Shown one piece after another: positions 28,701-41,433 of a stretch of DNA of 64,000 bases (the stretch's first letter is position 1; each line of letters opens with the position of its first letter). The stretch comes from the human T2T-CHM13v2.0 reference genome, Homo sapiens: the NCBI RefSeq assembly GCF_009914755.1, contig NC_060926.1; one strand, given 5' to 3'. The notes under the pieces are model-generated. The model made no database searches. It was not told the origin of the DNA and was given only the letters and a program-made list of their open reading frames with translations. The position numbers were made by a program, and so were the translations under genes.

Positions 28701-29352
28701 GGGTCCATGAAACAGTATCCCAGGGAGTAATTCTCAGGTTCCCACATGCCCATATAAGAATAAATTCCAATCTCTCAGGTCCCTGTCACTTGGTTTTCCA
28801 GAAATTCACAAGTGATTATACCAGTGTTTGACACGGGAGTCGTGCTTGTTTCTCATTTTACGGAGGGCATAATTTAAGAGCATGCATTTTTGGACTGTGG
28901 GATGACACAAATGCCTTCAGAAAGAGTGTTAATGCCATCAGGGTAAGTGCCATAAGGAGTTGCCCTCTTCAGAGACTACACTTTTCCTTAACGAGTGATC
29001 CTAATAAAGAAATGTTCTGTGGGCCAAAGAGTCAAGGGCAGGACCATCTATGTCTGCAGTGATGTGGCCAGGCTGACATTTTTCTCATGCCATCTCCGCA
29101 CATCAGAGTGGGCAGTTTCCCAGGCCACTGTGATTCTTTAAAATGAATTGGCTTCTCCTTTCTAGGATCATGCTTAATCAATGTATTGAACTCCCAAATA
29201 AACATGGCCTCCCTTCACCACATAGATGCTGTCAGGTCCCTGTGCTGAAGCAGCACTATCAGCAAGGCTCACATTTAAAGCCCTGAGGCTCGCGAGGCTG
29301 GTATTGGTAAAACTCCTGCAGATCCTTGCCCTCACTGAGGTGCTTCTCCAAG

Positions 29353-29353
<1 letters not shown>

Positions 29354-29387
<34 letters not shown>
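29354..29387. repeat. (TG)n microsatellite
   Basis: Directly visible. Confidence 0.97.
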
Positions 29388-29390
<3 letters not shown>

Positions 29391-29836
29391 GATGGGGCTA
29401 ATGATCCAACAATTCTAGGGTTGAGTAAGTCAGGTCAGATCACTGAACCCATTCTGATCAGGCTCCTGAGGTACCATTCACATTGCCATCCCTCCTGGAT
29501 ACCAGCCAGCACAGAGGGCTACAATAGGACAGCTTCCAGCATCTCAGACTTCAGGACCCAACCCAACGTTCCAAATCAACCTTCCACTCTTCTGCCCTTA
29601 TGTCAGTGCAGGGGCCAGTTGGACATCCTCAGAGTAACTTTATTTTCCAAAGATGTCATTGATCTTGATCTACCTCAAACTGTCTCTCTACCTTTGAGTC
29701 TGAAAAAAGCTAGAAGCTAGGTCTGTATTTCTTCTTTTCTACACGACCTTGCACTCCTTATGCAAAAATCCTCCCTAAACTCTGTGCTAACTCAGTGGAG
29801 GAAGCAGCTTCTACAAAGCTCTCCCACTCCCCCAAC

Positions 29837-29886
<50 letters not shown>

Positions 29887-29920
29887 AACACATACAAACA
29901 CATAAATATACACATACAGC
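29837..29920. repeat. (CT)n-(CA)n compound microsatellite
   Basis: Directly visible. Confidence 0.93.
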
Positions 29921-30230
29921 TCACAGAAAAGTTTGTGTGCAATCTTGTGTGTACATAATTTAAAGAAAGCCATTCTATAATAAAGAACATTTTCTAATAT
30001 GTAAAATAAGTGGTTTTATTTAATGGCAGATTCTTTTTTTGAGAAAGTCATCCTCATCCAATAATGCTCTACATACATGTTGCTAGACTGATTGTTGAAT
30101 GTGTAGATGAACAGGGGAAACCCCTAAGGATACTGGGAGAATTGGAAGAAAATGGAGCTCATATAATGAAACTCATTTGAGAAAGACCATTTGGGTTGCA
30201 GAGGGGTGGATTCCGGGGTTTGTTTCTTTA

Positions 30231-30668
30231 AGTCTTAATCTGTTTTCTTTTGCTGTAACAGAATACCTGAGAGTGGGTAAATTGTTAAGGAAAGAAGTTT
30301 ATTTGACTCATAATTCTGGAGGCTGGGAGTCCCAAGATTGGGCAGCTACAACTGGTCAGCTTTTGGTGAGGGCTTCATGCTGTGTTATAATGTGGAGGAC
30401 AAGTAAGAGGAAGTGGGCACGTGCAATAATCAAACATGAGAGGAAACCTTGCCTTATAACAACTGTCATCTTTATCTCAAGAACTAATTCATTCTCACAG
30501 AGTAGAAACTGACTCACTACCATGAGACTGCATTTATCCCTTCATGAGGGCCAATCCCTTGTGACACAAACACCCAGTAAAGATCCCACCATCTCTCAAC
30601 ATAGTTACATCAGGGACAAAGCCTCAACGAGAGTTTTGGTGAGGACAAACCATCTTCAAACCATAGCA
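30231..30668 (-). mobile_element. MST-family MaLR solo LTR
   Basis: 'gtcttaatctgttttcttttgctgtaacagaatacctgaga...tctggaggctgggagtcccaagat...caaaccatagca'. Confidence 0.8.
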
Positions 30669-31858
30669 CCATCTATATTGATAGTCAAAATGTCAGTAAT
30701 TCAACAACGTGAGTTAAATTTGCTACCCAGGAAAGGGGACAGTTCAGTGGGATAGGGGAAACAGGAGCAGTGACCTAACTGACTCCAGAGAAGGGCTAAT
30801 AACATGCCAAATGGCTCACTTTCTTTTGCATTCTACTCTCACCCAAGTTAGAAGATATAAATGATTGACTGTCAGGATAATGAGAAGCAGATTTGCCTCT
30901 GCTAATTTCTAGGATATGGAAGGCCTTTAGAAAAAGCCTCATAAGACATTACTGAGTATTAACGAGCCCCACCTCCTTGATAGAGGACATATGTAGGATG
31001 CAAATCTGTGCTCCAGTGTGGTGGATGCCGCAAGAAAGGACAGAGCTTCACAGATAATACCTGTAAAGTTACCATGTGGTCTGTTAGATGAGGAACCTTC
31101 TTTTATTTTATATGTCAGAGGCAGGGACCAGTAAAATGCAGTCTGCCCTCCTTCAATCTGTAAATGTATGCATCCTTTCTTTAGAATAGGGCTGGGGCCT
31201 GTCTAGAATATCTGTCTCCCTGTGCTCTGAATAGTCATGGGGTGCCTGTTAGAACCCAAAGACTTCTCTGAATGAACAACTGAGTTATTATTGCTGAGGG
31301 TGCACAGAAACAGTAATTGAATGCAAAAATCAGCTTCATGAGATTAAATTAGTATAATCCAGAAGCAAAAAGCAAAAGGCAAAGAAAGAGACCTGCCTCT
31401 AGGTCATGAGCAGGGCATGCAGGAAAACTTGACTGAGCAGGAAAGGGAACAGTGGCAAAAACAAGGAGTCTGGAAGCTGGAGTTCCTCTTACTAAACCTC
31501 AGGAGCTCCTTGTCAGAAGGTGGCATCTGCCTGCCTGCCTGGCAGAGATACACTACAGGGGTTGGCCTCCCTCAGAAATGGCTGACTGATTTGTTTGGCC
31601 AGGACGGTGTGGAAATAACTTCTCCAGGTAGCTGTGGTGGAGACTGAACAGGGCCATAGCACCCCACAATTATAATGGTTGTCTTGTGGTGCCAAGTGGA
31701 TACAGGGACCTATGTCACTTTTCAGGAACCTCTGACACATGGGTAAGGTTTAAGGGAAAATGAACTTTGCCTAATGGCTATCTCATAGCATACAAAGAAT
31801 GCATATAGAGTGTCACTGAAATTCAGGGTTGGAACTGGTCTTAAAGATCTCATCCTCT

Positions 31859-32168
31859 GGCTGGGCACGGTGGCTCACGCCTGTAATCCCAGCACTTTGG
31901 GAGGCTGAGGCGGGCAGATCGTCTGACGTCAGGAGTTTGAGACCAGCCTGGCCAACATGGTGAAACCCCATCTCTACTAAAAATACAAAAAAAAAAAAAA
32001 AAAGCTGGGCATGGTGGCAAGTGCCTGTAATCCCAGCTGCTTGGGAGGCTGAGGCAGGAGAATCGCTTGAACCTCTGGGAGGTGGAGGTTGCAGTGAGCC
32101 AAGATCATGGGGCCACTGCACTCCAACTTGGGTGACAAAGTGAGACTCCATCTCTAGAAAAAAAAAAT
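31859..32168 (+). mobile_element. AluS
   Basis: Full dimer; flanks aagatctcatcctc / aaaatcacatcctc form an approximate TSD. Confidence 0.96.
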
Positions 32169-32324
32169 CACATCCTCCAAATCTTCCATTCTATGATGGA
32201 AAAACTGAGCTTGAGAGGAGAGAACACTTAGACTACCCCTTTTGTTAAAGTTTGTGGATGTTTGGACTTTCTGAACAGTATTTGCCAATGCCCCTAAGTA
32301 GGGTTACCCTCAAAGTATACTTTT

Positions 32325-32737
32325 TGCTTCAGTCTGTTCTCACATTGCTATAAACAAACGCCCTGAGACTGGGTGATTTTTTAAAGAAAATAGTTGTAAT
32401 TGGCTCACAGTTTTGCAGGCTGTACAGGAAGCACAGGCACTTCTGCTTTGGGGGAGGCCTCAGGAAACTTCCGATCATGGAAGGCAAAGAGGAATCAGGT
32501 GCCTTACATAGTAGGAGCAGGAGCAAGTGAGAGAGGGGAGAGGTACTACTCGCTTTTAAATGACCAGCTCTCATTAGGACTCACTATTGCAAGGACAGTA
32601 CCAAGTGGGATGATGCTAAACCATTCATCACAAACCTGGTCCCATGATCCAATCACCTCCCACCAGACCCCACCTCCAACGGTGGGGATTACATTTTGAC
32701 ATGAGATTTGGTGGGGACCCAGATCCAAACCATATCA
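32325..32737 (-). mobile_element. MSTA-like MaLR solo LTR
   Basis: 'cattgctataaac...ctgagactgggtg...tttgcaggctgtacaggaagca...cagatccaaaccatatca'. Confidence 0.87.
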
Positions 32738-33255
32738 CTTTGGAAATGCATTTTATCCCTGAGAAACTGATTTGTCATTGCAATGCAACAGGCAAGCAAA
32801 AGGCCAAGGGATTGAAAATAAACTAAGATGTATTCTATGCCATCAAGTTTCTTGCAGTATAAAGGAGCAATAAACTCTGGCATGGAATAATAAATGCTGT
32901 AGAAGAACATCTGCATATTTAATTTATTCTTACAAGAAATGTATGACATGTCTATATTTACCAAAGTAGGATCATGGTAATATTCCTTACAGTTGAAGTT
33001 TTCAGCTAAGATATTTTCAGATGAATAATGTATTATTATAAATAATTTAGACACTATAATAAGAAAAGTAGCATATGAAGCAAAAGAGAGAAAATAACTT
33101 TAAGTAAGTTTAACTTTTACTACTATAATGAAAAAACATTGTGAAAAATTTAAATATATTATGAATGTTATCAGTTTTATATATAGCTTACTTTTCTTTG
33201 AATAGACAAACTCATAGTGCCTAAATTAATCATGTTGAAAATTAGTATTACCCTC

Positions 33256-33567
33256 TGTCTTAGTCCATTTCTGCCGCTATGACAAAATGTCATACGCTGA
33301 GTAGCTTATAAGCAACAGAAATTTATTTTTCATCATTCTGGAGGCTGGAAAGTTCAAGATCAAGGCACCTGCAGATTTGGTGGTAGAAGGGGTAAATGGG
33401 CTCTCTGTGCTCTCTTTTATATAGAAACAAATCCCATTCATGGAGGGAGGACTCGACCCACATGACCTAATCACCTTCCAAAGACCCCACCTCCTATGAC
33501 CATCACCTTAGCAATCAGGATTTCAACATATAAACCTTCCAGTGACACAAACATTCAGATCATAGCA
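33256..33567 (-). mobile_element. MLT1A-like MaLR solo LTR
   Basis: 'tgtcttagtccattt...tctggaggctggaaagttcaagatcaagg...cagatcatagca'; perfect 5-bp TSD CCCTC. Confidence 0.87.
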
Positions 33568-33609
33568 CCCTCGATGAATTTTTGCACGCAGAAAACATTC
33601 TGGAAGTGA

Positions 33610-34065
33610 TTATGTGGTTTAATTTGAGTTTGTCTTCCCTAAAACTCAGCAGAAATGTGATCACCAATTTGGTGATGTTGGGAGGTGGGGCCTAATGGGA
33701 GGTGTTGGGTCATGGGGACGGGTGTCTTATGAATGACTCACTGACATTCTTTTGGTAATGAGTGAGTTCTTGCTCTTGGGAAAATGGATTCGTTTTCACA
33801 GGGATGTTCCCTTGAGAGTGGGATGTTAGAAAGCCAGGACACCCCTTGGGTTTTGCGTGTTTGCACATGTCTGCTTTCCCTTTGACCTTCTCCAGCATTT
33901 TAAGACACAGCATGGAAAGTCCTCACCAGAAGCCAAGGAAATGCTGCTAACATGCTTCTTTTACTTCCCAGCCTGAAGAATGTGGGCTAAATAAGTCTCT
34001 TTTTTTTTTAAATAAATTATCCAGCCTCTGGTATTCTGTTATAGCAACACCAAATAGACACGACA
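33610..34065 (+). mobile_element. MST-family (MSTB-like) MaLR solo LTR
   Basis: 'gttgggaggtggggcctaatgggaggtgttgggtcatggg...aaattatccagcctctggtattctgttatagcaacac'. Confidence 0.83.
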
Positions 34066-34145
34066 TTAAGTTAATATAATGGAAGTAATCTGCAGTTGGT
34101 TAATTATTCAGTAAACCAAATCAACAAATATTGTTTGTAGCCCAC

Positions 34146-35025
34146 TGTGGTGTGTGTGTTGAGTGTGTGTGTGTGTTAGTGAGGAGGTGGGTGCTGAGGG
34201 GAAAGATGAGCTGAGTGTGTGTGTGTGTGTGTGTGTATGAGAGTGTGTGCGTGTGTTGGTGAGGGGGTGGGTGCTGAGGGGAAGAGTGAGGTGAGTGTGT
34301 GATTATATATATGTGTGTGTGTGTGTGTTGGTGTGGGGGTGGGTGCTGAGTGAGAACGGTGAGGTAAGTGTGTGAGTGTGTGTGTGTTGGTGAGAAGGGT
34401 GGGTGCTGAGTGAGGGGAAGGATGAGGTGTGCGTGTGAGCGTGTGTGAGTGTGTGTGTGTTGGGGGTGGGAGCTGAGGGGAAGGTTGAGGTGTGCGTGTG
34501 AGCGTGTGTGTGTGTGTGAGCGTGTGTGTGTGTTGGTGGGGGTGGGTGCTGAGTGAGGGGAAGGTTGAGGTGTGCGTGTGAGCATGTGTGAGTGTGTGTG
34601 TTTTGGTGAGGGGGGTGGGTGCTGAGTGAGGGGAAGGATGAGGTGTGTATGTGTGTGTGTTTGTGTGGGAGGTGGGTGCTGAGTGGGGAAAGTTGAGGTG
34701 TGTGAGTGTGTGTGTGTGTTGGTGTGGGGGGTGGGTGCTGAGTGAGGGGAAGGATATGTGTGAGTGTGTGTGTGTGTTAGTGTGGGGGTGGGTGCTGAGA
34801 GGAAGGTTGAGGTGTGCGTGTGAGCGTGTGTGAGTGTGTATGTGTGTTGGTTGGGGGGTGGGTGCTGAGTGAGGGGAAGGATGAGGTGTGCGTGTGTGTG
34901 TGAGAGAGTGTGTGTGTGTTTGTGTGGGGGGTGGGTGCTGAGTGAGGGGACAGTTTAGGTGTGTGAGTGTGTGTCTGTGTGTTGCTGTGGGGGGTGGGTG
35001 CTGAGTGAGGAGAAGGGTGAGGTGA
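34146..35025. repeat. GT-rich minisatellite, about 13 units of ~57-80 bp
   Basis: Repeated core GGGTGGGTGCTGAGTGAGGGGAAGG(A/T)TGAGGTGTG separated by variable (GT)n tracts. Confidence 0.95.
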
Positions 35026-35050
35026 GCACAGATCAGAATAAGGCCCAGAG

Positions 35051-35387
35051 TGTTGGTGAATACAATAGTATGAGGCAACCTTAGTGATCTCCACTGTCGT
35101 GCGACTGCTAACAAAGAGGTCTCATGGCCAAGGCCACCTTACATTCTCCAGACGAGAGCGACTAATGTGTTTACACAGGTCCTCACACCTTTGACTCCCT
35201 TCTCTTACTCTGCCCAGAGCAATGTAAAGTAATCCCTCTACCTTGGGGAAAGCCTCAGCCCTCATTCTCAAAAACCATGCCCCTCATCCTGTATGTAGCA
35301 CACATTCTGACCCCACCTTGTCAGCCGGTATGACCCTCAAGTAGGGGAAAACAATAGGCTGAGGAAACAGGTTATAACTTCCCAACA
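35051..35387. mobile_element. Probable solo LTR, family not identified
   Basis: 337-bp segment bounded by TGTTGG...CCAACA inverted termini; no TSD seen. Confidence 0.4.
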
Positions 35388-35675
35388 TTGGCTCCATGTG
35401 GAGCCGAGATAATACTCTGCCCTCACGTGGTTAAGGGAACATTATTAATGTCAGCAGAGGAACAGGACATGAAAATTACATCTCTACGTGTGCTAGGAAG
35501 CCAAGGAGTGAGGCAACACTCCTATAATAGCTCTGGAGGGGCCCTTATAGCTCTTAAAAACTTATTTTCATGGAAGAAGGGAGAAGATGAAGATTGATGT
35601 ATTTTTAAGCTTCTTCAAAGTTGCTTTCTCAAGCAAAATCAGAGAATAAGTTTCATTTTATATTCAACTCTCTCC

Positions 35676-35988
35676 TAAATTTTAGTGTTTGACTTAATTA
35701 TTGATACTTAAATCAATAATATATATACATATATTTATATTATGTATATATGAATGTAAATATCTTCCTTTATATATTATAAATTTTAGTGTTTGACTTA
35801 TTGATACTTAAATCAATAATATATATACATATATTTATATTATGTGTATATGAATGTAAATATCTTCCTTTATATATTATAAATTTTAGTGTTTGACTTA
35901 ATTATTGATTTTTAAATGATATATGTATATTATATATACAAATGTAAATATCTTCATATATATTATATATAAATGTAAATATCTTCCT
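35676..35988. repeat. ~100-104-bp AT-rich tandem repeat, 3 copies
   Basis: 'taaattttagtgtttgactta' recurs at 35676, 35780 and 35880; each unit contains 'aatgtaaatatcttc'. Confidence 0.93.
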
Positions 35989-36738
35989 CTGCATTTCAGA
36001 AAACTACATTGGCCTTCATCTTGCTGCCCCTAAGTGGCTGCCACTCATAACATAGTCATAGTTTTAAGTGTATTTTTAAAGACAAATTTTTTCTTACACT
36101 GTGGAAACAACTACCACTTTGTAATATAGCACAATCCTATATAAAGTGATATATGTTACACAATATTTTATGATATATATATACACACATACTCACACAC
36201 ATAGAGCATCAACATTCTTTAGTATTTCATGAAACATCCTATAGAATTGCCTGGTAATTGGCAAGCTAAACAAATTTGAGAACCACCAGACAAACAGAAT
36301 GTTGGTTCAAAGAGTTGTCCCTCCAAATCTCTCCACTTGGTCCTGTCCAGCTTCGCTAAAAACATGGGTGAAATGGGCATATTTGCTGCCTATGCTGGTG
36401 ATATGTATCCACTGACTGGGGTGACTATCATCGAAACTTTCGGCAGGTGCATGCCTTATCCTCCTTTTAGGCTAGACAGGGGGAGAAAGTGACTCTGCTT
36501 TAAATTTGTGCCACACACACAGACTGTGTGTGTTTGGTGGTTGGCTGATTTGTTGATTCTTGAACTCAGAATTGCTGTGGGTTTATATATAACTTAAAGC
36601 TCTTGGAGAAAGTAAAGCCTTAGACCTAGAATGGACTTTCAGAGATCCTTTGACTTAGAAGAGAGCTGAAGGTCTCTAGGAGCCAGAAACTCCACAGCAC
36701 CCCATGAGAGAATCAGCAGGACATAAACGGGGAGTCCT

Positions 36739-37068
36739 GGCCAGGTGCGGTGGCTCACACCTGTAATCCCAACACTTTGGGAGGCCGAGGCAGGTGGATC
36801 ACGAGGTCAGAAGATCGAGACCATGGTGGCTAACACGGTGAAACCTTGTCTCTGCTAAAAATACAAAAAAAAAAAAAAAGAAAGAAAAATAGCCGGTGTG
36901 GTGGTGGGCGCCTGTAGTCCCAGCTACTCAGGAGGCTGAGGCAGGAGAGTGGCATGAACCTGGGAGGCGGGGCTTGCAGTGAGCCGAGATCGCGCCACTG
37001 CACTCCAGCCTGGGAGACAGAGCGAGACTCCGTCTCAAAAACAAAAACACAAACAAAACAAAAAAAAA
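36739..37068 (+). mobile_element. AluY
   Basis: 'gatcacgaggtcagaagatcgagacc...gctaacacggtgaaacc...gcttgcagtgagccgagatcgcgcc'. Confidence 0.95.
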
Positions 37069-40000
37069 CCTATCCTGCACCCCTGTGGGTCATCTCTGCA
37101 TCTCTGCCCTGGCTGTTATTCCAGCTCTTTGGCAGTTCTACTTAATCTCTTGGCAATTTTTCCTTGTTCAGTCTTTAATTCTGACTTGTGCCACTGCCCT
37201 GATACTGTGACCATTAGATTTTTGCAAAGGAATCTTTAGAGCAGTGTCAAAAAGGGCCAGAGACCCCGTGGCACTACTCTAATCATTTTCTTTTGTTTTC
37301 ACCAGAACAGGTGCAGTCATGATTGCTGCTCTTAGATAAGATATCAATTGCACTTAGTGGGAGTAATCAGTATGTGCACATTCCTCTTTCTGGTTCCCCC
37401 AGTAGATTAGGGAAACGGGTACCTTTGCAGCTCTGAAAAAGCAAAACTGTGCTATGATGAGTTGCATAATAAATGGAGGTCATCACTAGAATTCTTCAGG
37501 AGAAGGGGTCATAATTAAATAGCAGCTCTTAGCATTGTAATAGAAAAGGAAAGTGGGGAGTCCTTGATGCAATGGCAGCCTTGACATTCTCCATCAAAAT
37601 TTGGCTACGGGCCATGACTGCTCCTCTGTTTTTGCCCCTGTGCACAAATGACAGCTGTCAGCTTAAAGACCTAGAACTATTAGGATTGCTCCAAGCTGAG
37701 GGTGAAAGAAGTGCGGAAGGCTCCTGTAAATTGTCAGGATAGTACATTTCCAAAAAATAAAGGACACGAAAAGCTGATTGGAGATTCTGTTCCTTAATGT
37801 CTTGAAGTTTTCTCTTTGCTATTAATCAAGGTATAGAGTAGCCTACAAGGAGGAAGCACCCATAATTTTGACAGACCGTAAAACAAGCGGGAGTTCACCA
37901 AGCTGACTGAGCAATTTTCTCAGTTTTTCTAGAATAAATATTTGTTTAATTCTCAAAAATAGTCAAGGTAAAATTTCTTAAAGTGAATTTGAATTTTTAA
38001 AAATTAATGCCTTGGCTTTTTAACTTTCTCTTTTACAAAAGTAAAAAGCTGGTTTGGGAATGAAAGAAAACTTGGGATCCTTAGGGCATGGAAGGCTTTG
38101 CATATTGAGAAGCTCAGGGTTGCTTAGGATATCCTGAAACCCTACAAGCAGGACAAAGCTGTGTGCTGTAAGGATCCCTGGGGTGTTTCATTCCAAGGCT
38201 GGTAAGAGTCTGAAACATCACTCTTACCTAGTTTCTACTTGGAGAGTTGACTCTTTCTTGCACCATTGTTTTAGAAAGGTCGTTTTCATATTGACCTAAA
38301 CCCTATCTCCCTATTGCTTTGTTCCTTGCTCCTCATCTAAAAGCCCTGGGGTCCCTTCTAACCTAACAGTAGCAGACATGCAGAGGCTTCCTTTTCTTCT
38401 CTCCACCTTTCAACTTTCTTTTCTTCTAGGCACACAAGTCTTCACAACTCTTCCATGTAAGATGTGCTTTAATCTTTCTTCCCTCTCCTGTCCTCTCTTG
38501 TTTAGACCCACTACAGTTTGCCTAGAGAAATGTTTTTCCTAGAATAGAATATGACACTCCAAGTGAGATGAACACATCTCATATTCTAAAAACAAGATAC
38601 TCAAAAACTAGGCAGTCTAAATATGACTGTTTAAAAATGTTAAAATCAGTAGGATCTCACTAATTGTTACACAACTTTAGAATTTTCCTCAAGATCATAG
38701 GATACAATACCAAATAAGTAAAAATGATAAACTGCAAATGTACATAGACACATGTAGATCTATATGTGCACGCATGGTGGTCCACTTGACAGAGGGTCCT
38801 TATAAACTGCATTAGGTCCAGAAGCTTCCAAAATGCCTTGAGTTCAATTTATGAGGTAGACTTTCTTTGGAGGTCTACAAGGCGTAAATAACTATTGATT
38901 AGCTTTTTAGAGACAGGTTTTTAGTAGAACCATGAGCAAGGGCATTACAGAAATGCCCCCAATGGGGTCATTTTGAGCTGACCTGGGACTACATAAAAAT
39001 GGGAGTATTGAATGCTTAATGTCACATTTTATTGCTTGGTTCAGCTAATTTGTCTTGTGGGAAGCAAATGTTTTTGAAAGCATTCCAGAGCCTTTGTAGT
39101 GTTAAAGCTCATTACCTTGGATTTCATATGAGCCAAAAAATATACAACCAGCTAAGTGCTCTGAACCTCAGCAAAATTTCATGACTAGACATGGAAGCAA
39201 AGCTGTGTATACCATGTCATGCAAAAATGAGATGAATTTAGCAATTTGTATTTTTAGTAATAAAAGGAAGCATAATCAGTTTCAGAAACATTCCTTTGTT
39301 ATTATTTTTAATGCTGAGGAATAAGTTAATGAACAGATTTAACACAGATAGAGCATATCTTCTTTAGGGAAATTACAACATTTTTCTGTTAATACTGAAC
39401 CCTCAATCCTGGTGTTTTCAGTGAGTTTGAAAAAAGACTGTACATATTTTAGCTAGGTAAAGTACTTTTTATATGCCAGAAAATATTTTTCAGTCATCTA
39501 CAATAGACCCAGCCTTCGGTCAGGTTCTTTCCTGTAAATAATTAAATTATTACTCTTAAGGAATTGTTTATTCCATTTTACAGATAAGGAATATCACTAT
39601 TCTCCTAAAGAAAAAATAATCAGGGATAAACAAAAGCCAGAAGAATGTTGTGCCTCCATATGGCCCTAAAGATGCTAACAATCTGATCCTAATCTACGTT
39701 GACAGACCTTGTTTTCCACTCATATCCTTAAGGTCTTCTAATACTAACTTATTGTGCTTGGTAGCGGTCATCAGTTTGTGTATTCAAAATTTCACGAGTT
39801 TGTTCTATCTGAAATATTCTCTTTTATTGACCCTGTGTTGAAATGATCCATCTTTCAACCATCTGAATGATTCTTTTTACAGGAAATACTCTTAGCCTTT
39901 ACCTGACTTGAGAAGGGTCTCTATGTCCTCTTAACTCTTTGTCCATAAATGCTGAGAGAATAGTAAAACATTTTACTACTAATGGGGTGAAAAAATCAAA

Positions 40001-41136
40001 ATATGAAATAAAAGCTTTAAAATGCTCTTTTTATTCTGTGAATAAACTGTGTATTATGACTTTTTACCAAGTGATATAAACCGGTATGCAAATTATTCAT
40101 AGAATCATCCTTGTAATTTCTAATTCATTATTGACATTTCAACACTGTACTTGTGACCATTATTTTGATACAGTGTCACTAGCTAAATAATAACCCTGTT
40201 TGTAACTATATTTTGATGAGGCGATGAGCACATATTTTCAAAAACTTTTCATTAGAGAGCCTTTAGGTGATTGAGCTCAATAAATAGTTTTTTTTTTTAA
40301 CCAACAGTTCTATTGTTCATGGTACCAAATCCTTTATCATCTTCAGCTGAACATATGTAACTACATGCATTACTTTTTAACCCATATTTTTATCTGAGAT
40401 ATTAATATAATAACTATATTATGATATAGGTCATCAAAAGCTTTTTTGGAATGTTATCTTTATAAACTTGATTTATAAACTTGATATTTTGCTCACCTTT
40501 ATAGAGATTTGCAAACTTTCTTGGTTAAATTGCAGGATACACATAAATTAATTATATTTTTACCTTATGTCATCAAACTATGGTGACATATTTGTATATC
40601 AAACATTTTCATAGCTATTTCCTTTGGAATATGATTATTTTTTCAAATATTTTATCATCTTTGTTTCTATAATATCTTGCTTCTCTTTCATGGTTATTTT
40701 GTCAGTTTCTCTAAATGGTGGCTAAAAGATGATATCCGGTAAAGTTAAGGCAAATATTGAATTTAGTATTCCATTTATTAAATTGCCATTTTCAAATTGT
40801 GCAATTTATCTAATTTCAGCATTTTTGAGTGCTTATTTAAGGTGCGATTTAATTTCCAAAGGCTTTTGTAGCTTTAGCACTATAGACTATTTTTGAGATT
40901 CAAATATTCTTTCAATAGTCATGATTTTGATTCTATCAGTATCTGTATGTCTCTCCTCTCTAATGTTCATTTGATGCATAATCAATATAATTTATTAATT
41001 TTTATTTTATTGTATTATATCTTCCTCCAGAGCAATTACTTAGATGTATCAAACAAAGACATCCAGAAATATTTCTCAAACTATGGGTGACTCTTCTACC
41101 TTTCTCCACAGCCATAGCAATTCCTATACAGCCTAA

Positions 41137-41433
41137 CTTTTTTTATGTGTGTGACAGGGTCTGGCTCTGTCACCCAGGCTGGAGAGCAGTGGCATCATCA
41201 TAGCTCACTACAATCTGGAGCTCAAGTGATCCTTCTGCCTCAGCCTCTCAAGTAACAGGGACTAATGACACATGTTGCCATGCCTGGCTAATTTTTTTAT
41301 TTTTACTTTTTGGCAGAGGCAGGGGTGTCTCTACATTTCCCAAGCTGGTCTCAAACTCCTGAGCTCAAATGATCCTCCTATCTCAGCTTTCTGAACTGCT
41401 GGGATTACAGACATGAGCCACCACACCCTGCCA
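41137..41433 (-). mobile_element. AluJ
   Basis: Diverged antisense Alu 'gacagggtctggctctgtcacccaggctgg...ctcaagtgatcc'. Confidence 0.92.

Noticed and set aside
29226-29720. 164-aa ORF
   Set aside because: Runs through (TG)n, has no recognisable homology and no exon context.
34146-35025. CRISPR-like repeat-spacer appearance
   Set aside because: Spacers are (GT)n low-complexity, there are no cas genes, and the context is primate DNA.
34121-35114. Long His/Thr/Pro-rich ORFs (312 aa, 154 aa)
   Set aside because: Artefact of the stop-poor CA-rich strand of the minisatellite; no domain signature.
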